The notes beneath the pieces were generated by a model. The model did not search any database. It saw only the letters and a program-made list of their open reading frames with translations, and was not told the DNA's origin. From a virus: a stretch of DNA of 64,000 nucleotides. Below, in pieces: positions 37,462-47,362 of the stretch (its first letter is position 1; every line of letters begins with the position of its first letter). A program made the translations under genes and the position numbers. The stretch is from IMG/VR virus record IMGVR_UViG_3300034093_000288, positions 5,454-69,453 of that record, one strand, 5' to 3'.

Positions 37462-38220
37462 TTACATTAACTCCAAATTACTCTCTAACATTTTTAATGC
37501 ATCTAATCCTTCTTTAGATGTAAAGTACTCAACGAGCTCCACATATGGGTCAGCTCCGAACGGTACGTTCATCATCTTTTTCTTGTTAGATGGTGTGTTA
37601 AACCATATCTCTTTATTTTGATTCTTGAATACAAGAAGCTTTTTCTCAAAGAATGTCTGTACAGTTGACTGAGTGCTGAGCATTGGGTCATCCAATAGAT
37701 TGATAAAGTTGTGTGGCTCATTCTTAGCGAAGACCAAGATGTCACGTTTCATCTCTGCTGTTGTGATTTTATCAGGACTAACATTGAATAGGATTCTGTA
37801 AACAGTTTCCATTTGATCAATAGTAAGTTCCTTAGCACGAATCAATGCATCAACCTCATGGTTAATGAACTCAAGCTCCTTAGCTGCATCCTTCTCATAG
37901 TTTACCTCCTCGAAAGAGATATTGTTTAGTGGATGTAAGTTCAAGAATTGCTGTAGTACAGGATTGGTTTTTGAAACAGATAAGAAACCATCTTCAAAGA
38001 TAATTGGCTCTACGATTGCGTTGCCATCTTGCTCATCTTGAAATGGTGATCTTTGATTTACCGCATATCGAATTTCTCGATTGACTCCATTCTCTTCATC
38101 CCACCAAAGTAATGGGTAACGTGGTGTACCTCTAGATGGAAGAATAAATGATAAAGGTGCGGCATCATTTTTAAGTTTGTAGATTTTATCTACGTTAATT
38201 GCTTTTGTTGTTGTTTTCAT
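37462..38220 (-). CDS. hypothetical protein downstream of the capsid gene
   Basis: 252-aa ORF; IRYA.NQ.SPF.DEQ, I.FEDG.L.V. Confidence 0.8.
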   Translation of the reverse strand: MKTTTKAINVDKIYKLKNDAAPLSFILPSRGTPRYPLLWWDEENGVNREIRYAVNQRSPFQDEQDGNAIVEPIIFEDGFLSVSKTNPVLQQFLNLHPLNNISFEEVNYEKDAAKELEFINHEVDALIRAKELTIDQMETVYRILFNVSPDKITTAEMKRDILVFAKNEPHNFINLLDDPMLSTQSTVQTFFEKKLLVFKNQNKEIWFNTPSNKKKMMNVPFGADPYVELVEYFTSKEGLDALKMLESNLELM

Positions 38221-38242
38221 TTTATTTGATATAATTAAACTT

Positions 38243-38276
38243 TAAAAATAGGGGAGTGTCTTTGAAGACACCCCCC
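38243..38276 (-). terminator. capsid-gene terminator whose stem-loop contains palindrome copy 8 (38256-38271)
   Basis: GGGGGGTGTCT-TCAA-AGACACTCCCC-TATTTTT on -. Confidence 0.8.
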
Positions 38277-38297
38277 GTTATTTTAATAATCCTAAGA

Positions 38298-39719
38298 TTA
38301 TGCTCCGTAGCGGAAGATGAAGAAGTTGTTCGCACCAAGTGTACATACAGCACGCTCAGATAAGAAGTTAACTTCCATTGCATCGAGGTCGCTAGTAGCA
38401 GCACCACCGGCAGAACCTGTAATCCAAGTCTTGTAACGACGATTTTCAGCTTCAGTAGCACGGTAACGAACGTGTAAGAACGGACGCTTAGCGTTTTTAC
38501 CAAGAACTTGGTCGTATACAGTTGTTGAACCTGCAGGAACAAGCATACCTGTAACAGTACCTGTAGCAGTAGCACCTGTAGGAAGACCACCACGCATTGT
38601 TGGATCGTTAAGGTATTTCCAATCTGACTTGTAGAAATCGTAAGAACCACGACGGAAACCTGTGAAACCAAGGTTCAAAGCCATATCCTTATCGTTATCA
38701 AACAAACCGTAAGATGTACCATTAGCACCATAGCTGTTTTGTGAAGCAAGGATATCATCGATGCTCAAGCTGAATGCACGGTTAACGAACAATACGTTTT
38801 CTTCGATAGCACCTTGCTTGTCTAAACGTTGAAGGATGTTATCAAAGTCAGTCATTGCGGTAGGGATACCACCACCAAAGACGTTACCACGAGTATTAAC
38901 TGCGTAGAATACACCTTCAGAACCTTTGTAACCAAGACCTACAGCACCTGAATTTGTTGCAGCAGGAACTGCTTCAATCATAGATGTTTCGAGGTAGTCA
39001 TCAAAACGGAGACGAGTTTCGTGCTCAGACTTCAAGTACCAAAGGTAACCTGATGCACCGTTCTCAGTAGTTACTTCTACCCAACCGATTTGAGCCATGT
39101 CAGAACCGTTAACAGCATACTTATCTTTAAGGATAATTGGGCTGTTAGAGAAGAATAAGTCATCAGCTTCCAAAGAACCAACCATTCCGTTACTACCTTT
39201 TTTAAACTCAGAACCGTAAATGAAGATAGTTACAGTTGAGTTAATTGCAAAAGCTTGACCTGCAGTTTCGTAGTAAGAAACATTGATAATACCTGTAGTA
39301 GTATCTACTGCAGTTACGATAGCTTTGTTAGAAGCACCTGTAGCATTGTCAGAAACGTTGATAGTTTGTCCGGCACGGATAGCGATTGGCTTACCTGTAG
39401 CAGTAGGAACTAATACGTCGTTAACTGTAATTGTAGCGTTGTCTTGACCTTGTGCAGTGTTAGCGTTACAGTTAGTGTACTTAGTGTGTAGACGACCTTG
39501 TTCAGTCCACTTAATCATATCTGAGTTAGACGGCATCTCAGCACCTACCATTCGCAAGAATGAAGATACAGTACGGTTTCCGTAACGCTCAAATTCCTTC
39601 TCGTAAGTATCAGGAAGATACTGATTCAAGAAGTCAAAGTTAGTAATGTAGTTTGTTTGCAAAGCGACTTGTTGCGCATTTGGTTGCAAATCAAAACCGG
39701 GAGTTGGTAAAACTGGCAT
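38298..39719 (-). CDS. major capsid protein
   Basis: 473 aa, follows portal and scaffold, highly biased codons, strong terminator after it. Confidence 0.85.
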   Translation of the reverse strand: MPVLPTPGFDLQPNAQQVALQTNYITNFDFLNQYLPDTYEKEFERYGNRTVSSFLRMVGAEMPSNSDMIKWTEQGRLHTKYTNCNANTAQGQDNATITVNDVLVPTATGKPIAIRAGQTINVSDNATGASNKAIVTAVDTTTGIINVSYYETAGQAFAINSTVTIFIYGSEFKKGSNGMVGSLEADDLFFSNSPIILKDKYAVNGSDMAQIGWVEVTTENGASGYLWYLKSEHETRLRFDDYLETSMIEAVPAATNSGAVGLGYKGSEGVFYAVNTRGNVFGGGIPTAMTDFDNILQRLDKQGAIEENVLFVNRAFSLSIDDILASQNSYGANGTSYGLFDNDKDMALNLGFTGFRRGSYDFYKSDWKYLNDPTMRGGLPTGATATGTVTGMLVPAGSTTVYDQVLGKNAKRPFLHVRYRATEAENRRYKTWITGSAGGAATSDLDAMEVNFLSERAVCTLGANNFFIFRYGA

Positions 39720-39741
39720 TTTTTTTAGTTTTTGTTAATTA

Positions 39742-40836
39742 TTAATTTTTTCTACTTACAATTTTGAGCTTGCTACCCGAATCAGGGTTTACAGCTCTAA
39801 TTTTCATTTCCCCACTTGCAATTGACTCAGGAGCTCTCCTCTCAGACATATTTACATTTTTAATCTTACGACTCAAGTCATCCGTTGCGTCAGCTTGGCC
39901 TTGCTCATAAAAGAACTTAGCGAATCGCTCGGGGTTCATTGCCATGGCTAAAGACCTGTGGTATCCTGCTGCGTCTTTCATTAGACCATTGTCATCCAAA
40001 TACTTCGTGATAAAGCTGTATGGATTACTCTGAGTCTTTTTTACTTCCTCGCGGTCTCCGGGTAAGAAGGTGAATTTCTTATCGTCTATAGCAAAATCAA
40101 AACCTTTGAAATCACTACTAAACAACTCTTCAGTCTTCTGCTGAAACCATTCGGCTTTACGCATATTTTCCTCCTCGAGGTTCTTAGCTGTTGACACATA
40201 TTGTTTATAAGTCTCATACTCTTCTAAATCGACGCTAGGAGAAGAGTTCGGTCTTGACTCAAGTGGAACTCTGTATTTCTCTTTCTGCTCGTTAAAGAAT
40301 TTCTTTGCCTCATTAACAGCCTTTTTCTTTTTGAGTTTTGTCTTCTTAACTACTGACTCATCATCGTAGTCTTCATCATAGAAAAACTCATCTAATAGTA
40401 CATCGACGTCATCTCCATCCAATCCCTCTTGTGTAGACAAGTAGAATTTACGAAGTAAGTCGTCTTCAGACATCGTATCATAATCTTTATTCAACTCCTT
40501 AAAGTCTTCAAAGCTACGACCCGTTTCCTTTTTGTACTTCATATAGGTCTTAATCTCCTCATCCATCTCCTCTTGCTCCTCACGTTGAGAAGTCAAGTCA
40601 TCAAAGGACTTAAGTTCGCGACCATATCTTTTACCCAAATATGAAAGAACTTTATCATCATCTAACTCCGGTTCTTCAAACGGAGCAGGTGGTGTATTGT
40701 TGTCATCAAAAACAGGAGGAGTCTCAATTTCTTGTTTCTCATCAAGCTGTTGTTGATGCTCATCTAATAATTGTTGTTCAATTTCTTGAACGCTTTTTGA
40801 TTCGGACATTCCCAAATCTCTTACTTTTATTTCCAT
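39742..40836 (-). CDS. probable scaffolding protein
   Basis: Very acidic, helical ORF between portal and capsid; TAATTTTG element at 40855-40862. Confidence 0.7.
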   Translation of the reverse strand: MEIKVRDLGMSESKSVQEIEQQLLDEHQQQLDEKQEIETPPVFDDNNTPPAPFEEPELDDDKVLSYLGKRYGRELKSFDDLTSQREEQEEMDEEIKTYMKYKKETGRSFEDFKELNKDYDTMSEDDLLRKFYLSTQEGLDGDDVDVLLDEFFYDEDYDDESVVKKTKLKKKKAVNEAKKFFNEQKEKYRVPLESRPNSSPSVDLEEYETYKQYVSTAKNLEEENMRKAEWFQQKTEELFSSDFKGFDFAIDDKKFTFLPGDREEVKKTQSNPYSFITKYLDDNGLMKDAAGYHRSLAMAMNPERFAKFFYEQGQADATDDLSRKIKNVNMSERRAPESIASGEMKIRAVNPDSGSKLKIVSRKN

Positions 40837-40890
40837 TTGATTAAATTTACATTACAAAATTATACATTTTTTTGATAATATTTTTCAATA

Positions 40891-43326
40891 CTATCTAGGC
40901 TCAAACTCAGCTAAGTCAAACCCATCCAAGCTATCCTCGTTTGACTCAAAGTCAACAGGAGGTAGATTGTTCTTTCTTTGCTCAATTAATTTAGACTGCT
41001 GAGTGTTTTGAATAGAGATACGCTTATCCTTAGCCTTCTCCTTTTCGTCCTCTCTCTGCTTCAATGACTGAGTCTCCATGCCTCTTAGTTGCATCTGCAT
41101 ATCAAACTCCGTCTGCATTAACTGCTGCTTGAGTACGGCCTCGTTCTTCATCTTCTCAATCTCGAACGCAACCTCAGCTTGTTTTATCTGCATCTTTGCT
41201 TGAGATTCTGCTTGAATCTTAGCCATAGCAGCTTCAGCTGCCATTTGCTGTGATTGTAGGTTTTGCTGAGCAACCATAGCTTGCTGCTGCATCTGTAGTC
41301 GCTCCTCTCTATCCTGCTTCTTAATTCGCTTAACCTTAAGAAGCTGATTAGCCAATTTAATGTTTTTAATCTCGCGGATATCAATCGCATCCTCAAGGTT
41401 AATATCGCCTTTAGATAACGCGATTTGAATGTTCTGCTCGAGTTGTGCCTTTTCTTCTTCATCAGGTGAGATTTCAATAAAAATTCCAAAGTCATATATG
41501 TATAGGTCCTTAATCTCGTTAAGGATTGATACGTTGTACTTTCCAATTCTATTTGCAAAATCATCTTTGAAGTCAGCGTACTCAAGTATGTCAGCAACAC
41601 GATATGTTAATGCCTCTGCTAGTGATCGGAACATAAACAAGCTTGCCTCTAAGATGTGGCGTGTAGCTGTATTTGAGTTAAGCGCTGCTAGCTTTTGTAC
41701 ACCAACCAATGCTCTTGGGTCAGGCATAGAGCCATCACGTGCCTCGTTAAGTCCTGTTACCGAACGTAGCATCTCCATATAGTGGTTGTAGTTTGCAATT
41801 AGCGTTTGTAGTTTTGATGCGCCTGAGTTACCTGCAATAGCCTGAATAGGAACGCGTCCATTATTAAACTCACCATCTTGGGTGTAACTACGTCCGATTA
41901 CACTACCCGTTTGGAAGTATAGTCGGAGTGCATCCTCAGGATTGTAAGCAGCACCCGTACCAAGGTCAACCTCATTAAGACCATCAGCGTCAATGAAGAC
42001 ACCATCCGGAACTGTACGAGCAATAACCTGCTGCATCTTTAGGTGCGTAATCTGAATCAAGTCAGCGAATGGAATCATTCGTCGAACCAATGACTCAATA
42101 ACACCCTTGTACATACGAGGAGCAATTGCCACGTAATTTGGTATAGCGTGCTGTGAAGATGACTTAGGTCGAACCATGTTTTCAGACATCTCCCACTTAA
42201 GTAGGATGTTTGTACCCATGACCATAACGCCCTCATACCAAACATCGATTACCTTTTCAATCTTCTCAAAACGACCTTCTTCCATCATGTCCGCAGGCGG
42301 GTTGAATGTGTCGTCCTTCTCTACAACGCGAACGCCTCCGTTGTCTAGGTACTTTTTCTTATAAACTACCTTTTTAGTGGTCTTGTAGTTAAAGTACAAT
42401 AGCGTACACGTATCACGTGCAAAGATGTCATCTTGGTAGTACTGAGCTACGTTGTAGTAGTCATACCAACTCTGACTGTATTTTGATATCTCTTCCAAAT
42501 CCTCACGAGTGAGTGATTGGTCAATCTTTAATAGCTCTGTAATAGGGAGTGTCTTAATTTCTCCCCAGTAGAAACAATCTCTAAAGTACGGGTCTTCAGT
42601 ATAGCTATAGACCACGTTAGCCGGATCTACGTATGAAACCTGTACGCCTGCTCCCGGTAAAAACTCGTGCTTAGTAACAGCGATACCTAATACGGTAAGG
42701 TCATAGTCAAGGCGCTTACGCAAGTCTAGGTATTTATTTTCTTCTAATATAGTATTTATAGCCTCCTCCTCTGCAATCTCAATTGCAGGTTTGTAGTTGA
42801 GCTGCATATACAATGATAGTTCCTCATCACTTTCAGGAAGTTCCTCAGAATCCATTACAAACGGGTCAAACCCTGACTTCTCCTTAATCTTCATTAATGG
42901 AGCTTTTGCAATCATCTGCCCCTCAAGGATATCTTGGAACTTACTTCTTTTTGCTTGAGACATTGCATCCTGTGCATATGCCTTAACCTTAAACATACGG
43001 TCAGACATACCGTTTACAACGATGTCAACAAACTTAGGCAGGATTGGAACGGGTGTCCAATCAAGGTTCAAGTATGATAGGTCGCCATCAATAGCAAGTT
43101 CATTCTTGTACTTGGCAACAGACTGCTCACCACGGGCGTATAACCTTAAACGATGAAAGTCTCTCCATTGACCATAATATCTACAACTATTTCCATCTTT
43201 ACGAAACCACTCGTATTGGATAGCTTGCCCTATTTGGATTCCAAATTCTGCAGTGTTCTTTTCTGCGTCAGTAACAAATTGACTCGGAAATGCAGCTGAG
43301 GGTACGTTTACTTTTACTTCTTTCAT
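40891..43326 (-). CDS. portal protein
   Basis: 811 aa next to terminase; PILPKFVDIVV, TG.NEARDG, Gln-rich coiled C-terminus. Confidence 0.85.
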   Translation of the reverse strand: MKEVKVNVPSAAFPSQFVTDAEKNTAEFGIQIGQAIQYEWFRKDGNSCRYYGQWRDFHRLRLYARGEQSVAKYKNELAIDGDLSYLNLDWTPVPILPKFVDIVVNGMSDRMFKVKAYAQDAMSQAKRSKFQDILEGQMIAKAPLMKIKEKSGFDPFVMDSEELPESDEELSLYMQLNYKPAIEIAEEEAINTILEENKYLDLRKRLDYDLTVLGIAVTKHEFLPGAGVQVSYVDPANVVYSYTEDPYFRDCFYWGEIKTLPITELLKIDQSLTREDLEEISKYSQSWYDYYNVAQYYQDDIFARDTCTLLYFNYKTTKKVVYKKKYLDNGGVRVVEKDDTFNPPADMMEEGRFEKIEKVIDVWYEGVMVMGTNILLKWEMSENMVRPKSSSQHAIPNYVAIAPRMYKGVIESLVRRMIPFADLIQITHLKMQQVIARTVPDGVFIDADGLNEVDLGTGAAYNPEDALRLYFQTGSVIGRSYTQDGEFNNGRVPIQAIAGNSGASKLQTLIANYNHYMEMLRSVTGLNEARDGSMPDPRALVGVQKLAALNSNTATRHILEASLFMFRSLAEALTYRVADILEYADFKDDFANRIGKYNVSILNEIKDLYIYDFGIFIEISPDEEEKAQLEQNIQIALSKGDINLEDAIDIREIKNIKLANQLLKVKRIKKQDREERLQMQQQAMVAQQNLQSQQMAAEAAMAKIQAESQAKMQIKQAEVAFEIEKMKNEAVLKQQLMQTEFDMQMQLRGMETQSLKQREDEKEKAKDKRISIQNTQQSKLIEQRKNNLPPVDFESNEDSLDGFDLAEFEPR

Positions 43327-45575
43327 TTAATAAGTTGACTTATATTCCCATCATTACTATATCTTGCAAATTTAAGAGATATTTTTGATTCTTTTTTCTC
43401 CGGTACATATAAGTGCTTCTGATTAGCCATAATAGCCAATCCTGAGCTGATAGAGGCATCGAATTTGGTTCGGTCACTAATATCAAACCTAGCCCAATCA
43501 CTAAGCGTTCTAGTGAACGGCATTGAGCCCATTTCATCCGGCTGACGATACACCCCTGCTGAATCTAATCCCACGTACTTTTCGATGTAGCTTTCGATAG
43601 CTGATGCGTGCGACTGCTTGACATCCTCAGAGGAGTTTGGTATACCACCTAGCTCGCGCTCTGTTGGCGTAAGCTTGCTGTAGTGTTTGTCAGGTCTGTT
43701 AATAGAGAACGGTCTGTACCCACGATTCTTAAAGTGGTATAGCAAACGTGGTTTGTTGTTCTCAATTAGAATTGGCATACCATAAAATATACAGGCCATT
43801 AGAACTTCCTCAAAGAATATCTCTGCCGTTTGTGGACGCGCGATGTACTCTAAAAAGAACTCGTTTGTAGGGCCCTCATCCATGTGGAACTTAGTCATTC
43901 CGTGCAAGGAGCCGTTAGAACCTCTACCACCGACTACTGCCGATATGTCATACGGGTCACATCCAAATACCCCCATGTGCTCATTGGCGGGGTACTTTAA
44001 TCCGTTTTTCTCTATTACCCTGTTCTGTAAGTGCGCAGGAGGAACCCACGACAACAAGAATCTACCATTTTTGTCAGGTGAGAATACAACCTTGCTATCC
44101 TTGATACCATCTCTCCAATGGAACGAGCCACGTGTTAGATAGTGCTCTGATATTAATGCGTCGTTGTAGTCAATCTGCTGATATATTTTTGTGAGGTTAA
44201 ATAGTGATGACTTGCTCTCATCACGGAACGCGTGCGACTCTGTTCTTGGGAACTGACGATAGAACTCGTTCAATGCGTCGGCATCATTTTTAAGTGAGTC
44301 AACCTCTGCCTCCCAATAGTCGATAGCGCCATTTGTAATCCACTGACCATCAACCCCTCTAATTTTTTCAATAGGCTTTCTAAATACAGGCATACCGTAG
44401 ATGTCAATGAACCCCTCCATGTTCCACTCCATAGGAATGAATAGGCCATATAGCCCCGACTTAGTCTGACCATTGGCGTTACGTGTATTTACACGTGAGT
44501 CCTCATAAAGTCTTTTGTAGTTCTCACCACCCTTACTAAGCGCGTTGGACGTAGAGCCCATCATACACTTACCAATAATCTTAGAACCCAAACGTAAACA
44601 CGTTTTAGTTACACGCCAATTGTTTAGGATGTTGTTCGGCTTAAGCCATTTGGCAGATTCGTCATGAGCCAAGAACAATAACTTCTCACCATCGTAAGAG
44701 TTCTCCTCTGTATTTTTCCAGTCAATGGTAGTGTCGAGACCTGTAATCTCGTTGTCATCCACATCGTGCATATTCTTCTTTGTAATCTTAGCCGCAGGAA
44801 CTCGGTAGGCAAGCTCAGTCTTCGGCTTATCCATACCATCCATTACAGGCTTGAAGAAGAAGGGTAGGTTACTGTTAATAGGCACAACCTTATCTGTAAA
44901 CATCTTCTTGGCATCCGCACCCGTCTTAGATAGCATACCAACCCTCGCATCTCTTGCAAGAGTTCCTATGTTGACGCACTCAGATGATGACATAAATGAG
45001 AACCCGGAACGGCGTATCTTTAGGTACACCATACCAAAGCATCTAGGGTCTGCCTTACAGGCCTCCCAAAATATAAAGAAGATTCGGTTAGCTTCACGAT
45101 AGTCGGGGTATCCGATGTCAATCTTAGACCACTGCAAATACATATAGTGTGATCCCGTTATGTAGGTAGGAGTACCTCCGTTCATAAACCAACACCCCTG
45201 CTCCCTTCGGTCAAACTCCTCCTCAATGTAATCTACCCATCGGTTCTTAAACTCAGCGGGCATATCATTCCATTGGAAGATAGATTGAATACGAGTTAAC
45301 TCCTTTGGGATATCCATTCTCTCCCAATACTGCTCAGATGACTTAGAGTGTCTTTGAAGACACTTTTGCGGCACAGCAGGTAGGGCAACCCTAAGACCCT
45401 GTATGTCTACTATGTCTCCAATCTGACCCGTCTTAGATATGACAATGATGTCATAGTCCTCGTTGTATCCATAAGTCCAAGACCTATCATTGTTCTTTCG
45501 AGTGTAAGCCGCCTTCGGCATTACATTCTTAACTACCTTATATAGACTACTTCCCTCCTGCACGACGTTCGGCAA
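43323..45575 (-). CDS. terminase large subunit
   Basis: LKIRRSGFS (Walker A variant), LAHDE, GST, nuclease-domain GCDPYD and IENNK. Confidence 0.88.
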   Translation of the reverse strand: MPNVVQEGSSLYKVVKNVMPKAAYTRKNNDRSWTYGYNEDYDIIVISKTGQIGDIVDIQGLRVALPAVPQKCLQRHSKSSEQYWERMDIPKELTRIQSIFQWNDMPAEFKNRWVDYIEEEFDRREQGCWFMNGGTPTYITGSHYMYLQWSKIDIGYPDYREANRIFFIFWEACKADPRCFGMVYLKIRRSGFSFMSSSECVNIGTLARDARVGMLSKTGADAKKMFTDKVVPINSNLPFFFKPVMDGMDKPKTELAYRVPAAKITKKNMHDVDDNEITGLDTTIDWKNTEENSYDGEKLLFLAHDESAKWLKPNNILNNWRVTKTCLRLGSKIIGKCMMGSTSNALSKGGENYKRLYEDSRVNTRNANGQTKSGLYGLFIPMEWNMEGFIDIYGMPVFRKPIEKIRGVDGQWITNGAIDYWEAEVDSLKNDADALNEFYRQFPRTESHAFRDESKSSLFNLTKIYQQIDYNDALISEHYLTRGSFHWRDGIKDSKVVFSPDKNGRFLLSWVPPAHLQNRVIEKNGLKYPANEHMGVFGCDPYDISAVVGGRGSNGSLHGMTKFHMDEGPTNEFFLEYIARPQTAEIFFEEVLMACIFYGMPILIENNKPRLLYHFKNRGYRPFSINRPDKHYSKLTPTERELGGIPNSSEDVKQSHASAIESYIEKYVGLDSAGVYRQPDEMGSMPFTRTLSDWARFDISDRTKFDASISSGLAIMANQKHLYVPEKKESKISLKFARYSNDGNISQLIK
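45348..45363 (+). repeat. 16-bp near-palindrome copy 9 (inside terminase, reads CLQRH on -)
   Basis: Exact copy in a third reading frame. Confidence 0.95.
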
Positions 45576-45837
45576 AGCCCTGTTTAGTATCTACTTTGCT
45601 AGGTCCTTTCTCTAATAAGACCAAGTTCTCTCTCTCAAGCTCGATTCGATTTAGAATCTCAAACGCATCAAATATAGCGAGCTTCTTGGTAGCAGCAGCG
45701 TTCTTTAAACGGTCTGCAGATAACTCATCCTCATCGTTTGGCTTAATGATATCTTCTTTCGCAACCTTGATTAGCTGCTCAACAGCTTGCTCACCCGCAG
45801 AAATGATTCTAAGCTTTATTTCTTTTACTTTGCTCAT
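45547..45837 (-). CDS. probable terminase small subunit
   Basis: Helical 96-aa ORF overlapping the TerL start; assignment by position. Confidence 0.6.
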   Translation of the reverse strand: MSKVKEIKLRIISAGEQAVEQLIKVAKEDIIKPNDEDELSADRLKNAAATKKLAIFDAFEILNRIELERENLVLLEKGPSKVDTKQGFAERRAGGK

Positions 45838-46397
45838 AATAGGATTTTTATATTATGCTCAAACATACGATACATCTTCTTATCGTTGATAGTGAACTCG
45901 TACTCAGAGTCAGGTTCAAATGAAATTAAAGCCCCTGCGTTTACGCCTTTAGACTTCAAGTATTCACTCGGATAACGCATAGTTCCCATAAGTGGTTCTT
46001 CACTAAATGGTTTGTATATAAATGAGTCAATCGTATCAACCGGCTCAACAAAGCAGAATCTTCCATGTGCAGTCCAATCCTCGTCCTTCTTATACATATA
46101 GAATTGGTCAAAGTCAACAAAGAACAGGTCATCCTTGAAAAAGCTCATTCCGCTTTTTCGATTACCCTTCACATCGTTGTAGAACTTAAATACGTTATGG
46201 TGTACGATTAATGTATCACCAGGCTCAATTGGACCTGTGTAACCTATAGGGGTTTCAATAACCTCAGCATACCTATTTGAGAACTTGAAGTCTTCTTCTG
46301 AAGTGCTAACTATTAACTCAACTCCTCCAAAGTCCCCGGTATTACTGTATCTCTTCCCCTCCATAGGTTTAACTATGAAGTAGAATGGGGATTTCAT
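45834..46397 (-). CDS. GroES/co-chaperonin-like protein
   Basis: F.VKP, A.V..TP, I.PGD...VHHN, duplicated GroES-like halves. Confidence 0.6.
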   Translation of the reverse strand: MKSPFYFIVKPMEGKRYSNTGDFGGVELIVSTSEEDFKFSNRYAEVIETPIGYTGPIEPGDTLIVHHNVFKFYNDVKGNRKSGMSFFKDDLFFVDFDQFYMYKKDEDWTAHGRFCFVEPVDTIDSFIYKPFSEEPLMGTMRYPSEYLKSKGVNAGALISFEPDSEYEFTINDKKMYRMFEHNIKILL

Positions 46398-46624
46398 TAG
46401 TAATTTATATTATATTCAATTGAAATGGGCATAGTCTGTGTGAACTCTTTCCACAGTACTACCTCCTCCTTTTTGTTGATGATGTAAATCTTGACGGAAG
46501 CCTTTGTCACATCGTAGCGGATTAAGTGAATCACATTAGACCCACCTAACACCTCTTGCCCACAGATGTAGTGCATAGCGCTTCCCTTGTAATCAGGGCC
46601 AATCGATATCTTTCTGATATCCAC
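46397..46624 (-). CDS. hypothetical protein
   Basis: IRKISIG.DYK..AMHY..GQ.V; GTG start. Confidence 0.75.
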   Translation of the reverse strand: MDIRKISIGPDYKGSAMHYICGQEVLGGSNVIHLIRYDVTKASVKIYIINKKEEVVLWKEFTQTMPISIEYNINY

Positions 46625-46687
46625 TACCCTACTCTATTTACTGTTAAAATAACTGATGGTGTTGCGTAAGTAACAATCTTTGCCATC

Positions 46688-46927
46688 TTATTTTTCTTTT
46701 TTAGTTACCTCACCCGTTTGCATATTGATAACGGCATCTTCTCCGTAAATAGCAACGAGCGCTTTTTCTTGTTCACCAAACTGAACTCGCAAGAAATCCA
46801 TTCGCTTAAGAAGCTCGTGCTTCTCTAACTCCATGTCTCCCAAAGCAAGTTTAGCCTTGTTATAATCCGATTGCATCTTCTGCAATGTCTCTAATTCTTC
46901 TGTCTTTAAAAATCTTTCAGCTTTCAT
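46688..46927 (-). CDS. coiled-coil hypothetical protein
   Basis: Ends YG....IN..TGE; TAAATTTG at 46946-46953. Confidence 0.75.
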   Translation of the reverse strand: MKAERFLKTEELETLQKMQSDYNKAKLALGDMELEKHELLKRMDFLRVQFGEQEKALVAIYGEDAVINMQTGEVTKKEK

Positions 46928-46974
46928 TTTATTAAATTTATTTTACAAATTTACAAACTATTCTGATACCAAAT

Positions 46975-46999
46975 AAAAAAGCCACCCCGAAGGATGGCT
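46975..46999 (-). terminator. rho-independent terminator
   Basis: AGCCATCC-TTCG-GGGTGGCT followed by a T run. Confidence 0.8.
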
Positions 47000-47024
47000 C
47001 TTTCCTAGAAATCTCTTAACAATA

Positions 47025-47315
47025 CTATGATATAGTAATACCTGATACCGCAAATGGTAGATTGGCAACTTGATACGCTACATTTGTCCAAGATGTTTGC
47101 AATGCAGCAATAAGCGCATCTTGAATCGCATCACGCATAGCCTCATTGCCCGCAGGAGCAGCAGCGTGTGTAATCACAACAACGTCAGTTGCTGTACTTG
47201 CTTTGTAATGAATGTGAAGAGTAGTTGTTGACTCTTGCTCAATTAAAACAATTCCTGTTGCAGATACCAATTGACGCTGCTCGTTTGTTACAGGGATACT
47301 TAAAAACTTTTCCAT
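47025..47315 (-). CDS. hypothetical (possibly virion) protein
   Basis: Own promoter element TATCTTTG (47348-47355) and own terminator. Confidence 0.75.
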   Translation of the reverse strand: MEKFLSIPVTNEQRQLVSATGIVLIEQESTTTLHIHYKASTATDVVVITHAAAPAGNEAMRDAIQDALIAALQTSWTNVAYQVANLPFAVSGITIS

Positions 47316-47362
47316 TTTCTAAAAAATTAATGGGTTAAACAATACCACAAAGATAAACAAAA

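Noticed and set aside
38222-38671. 149-aa alternative-frame ORF overlapping the capsid 3' end (possible frameshift extension)
   Set aside because: It adds only about 25 codons past the capsid stop, runs through the terminator, and I saw no clear slippery site.
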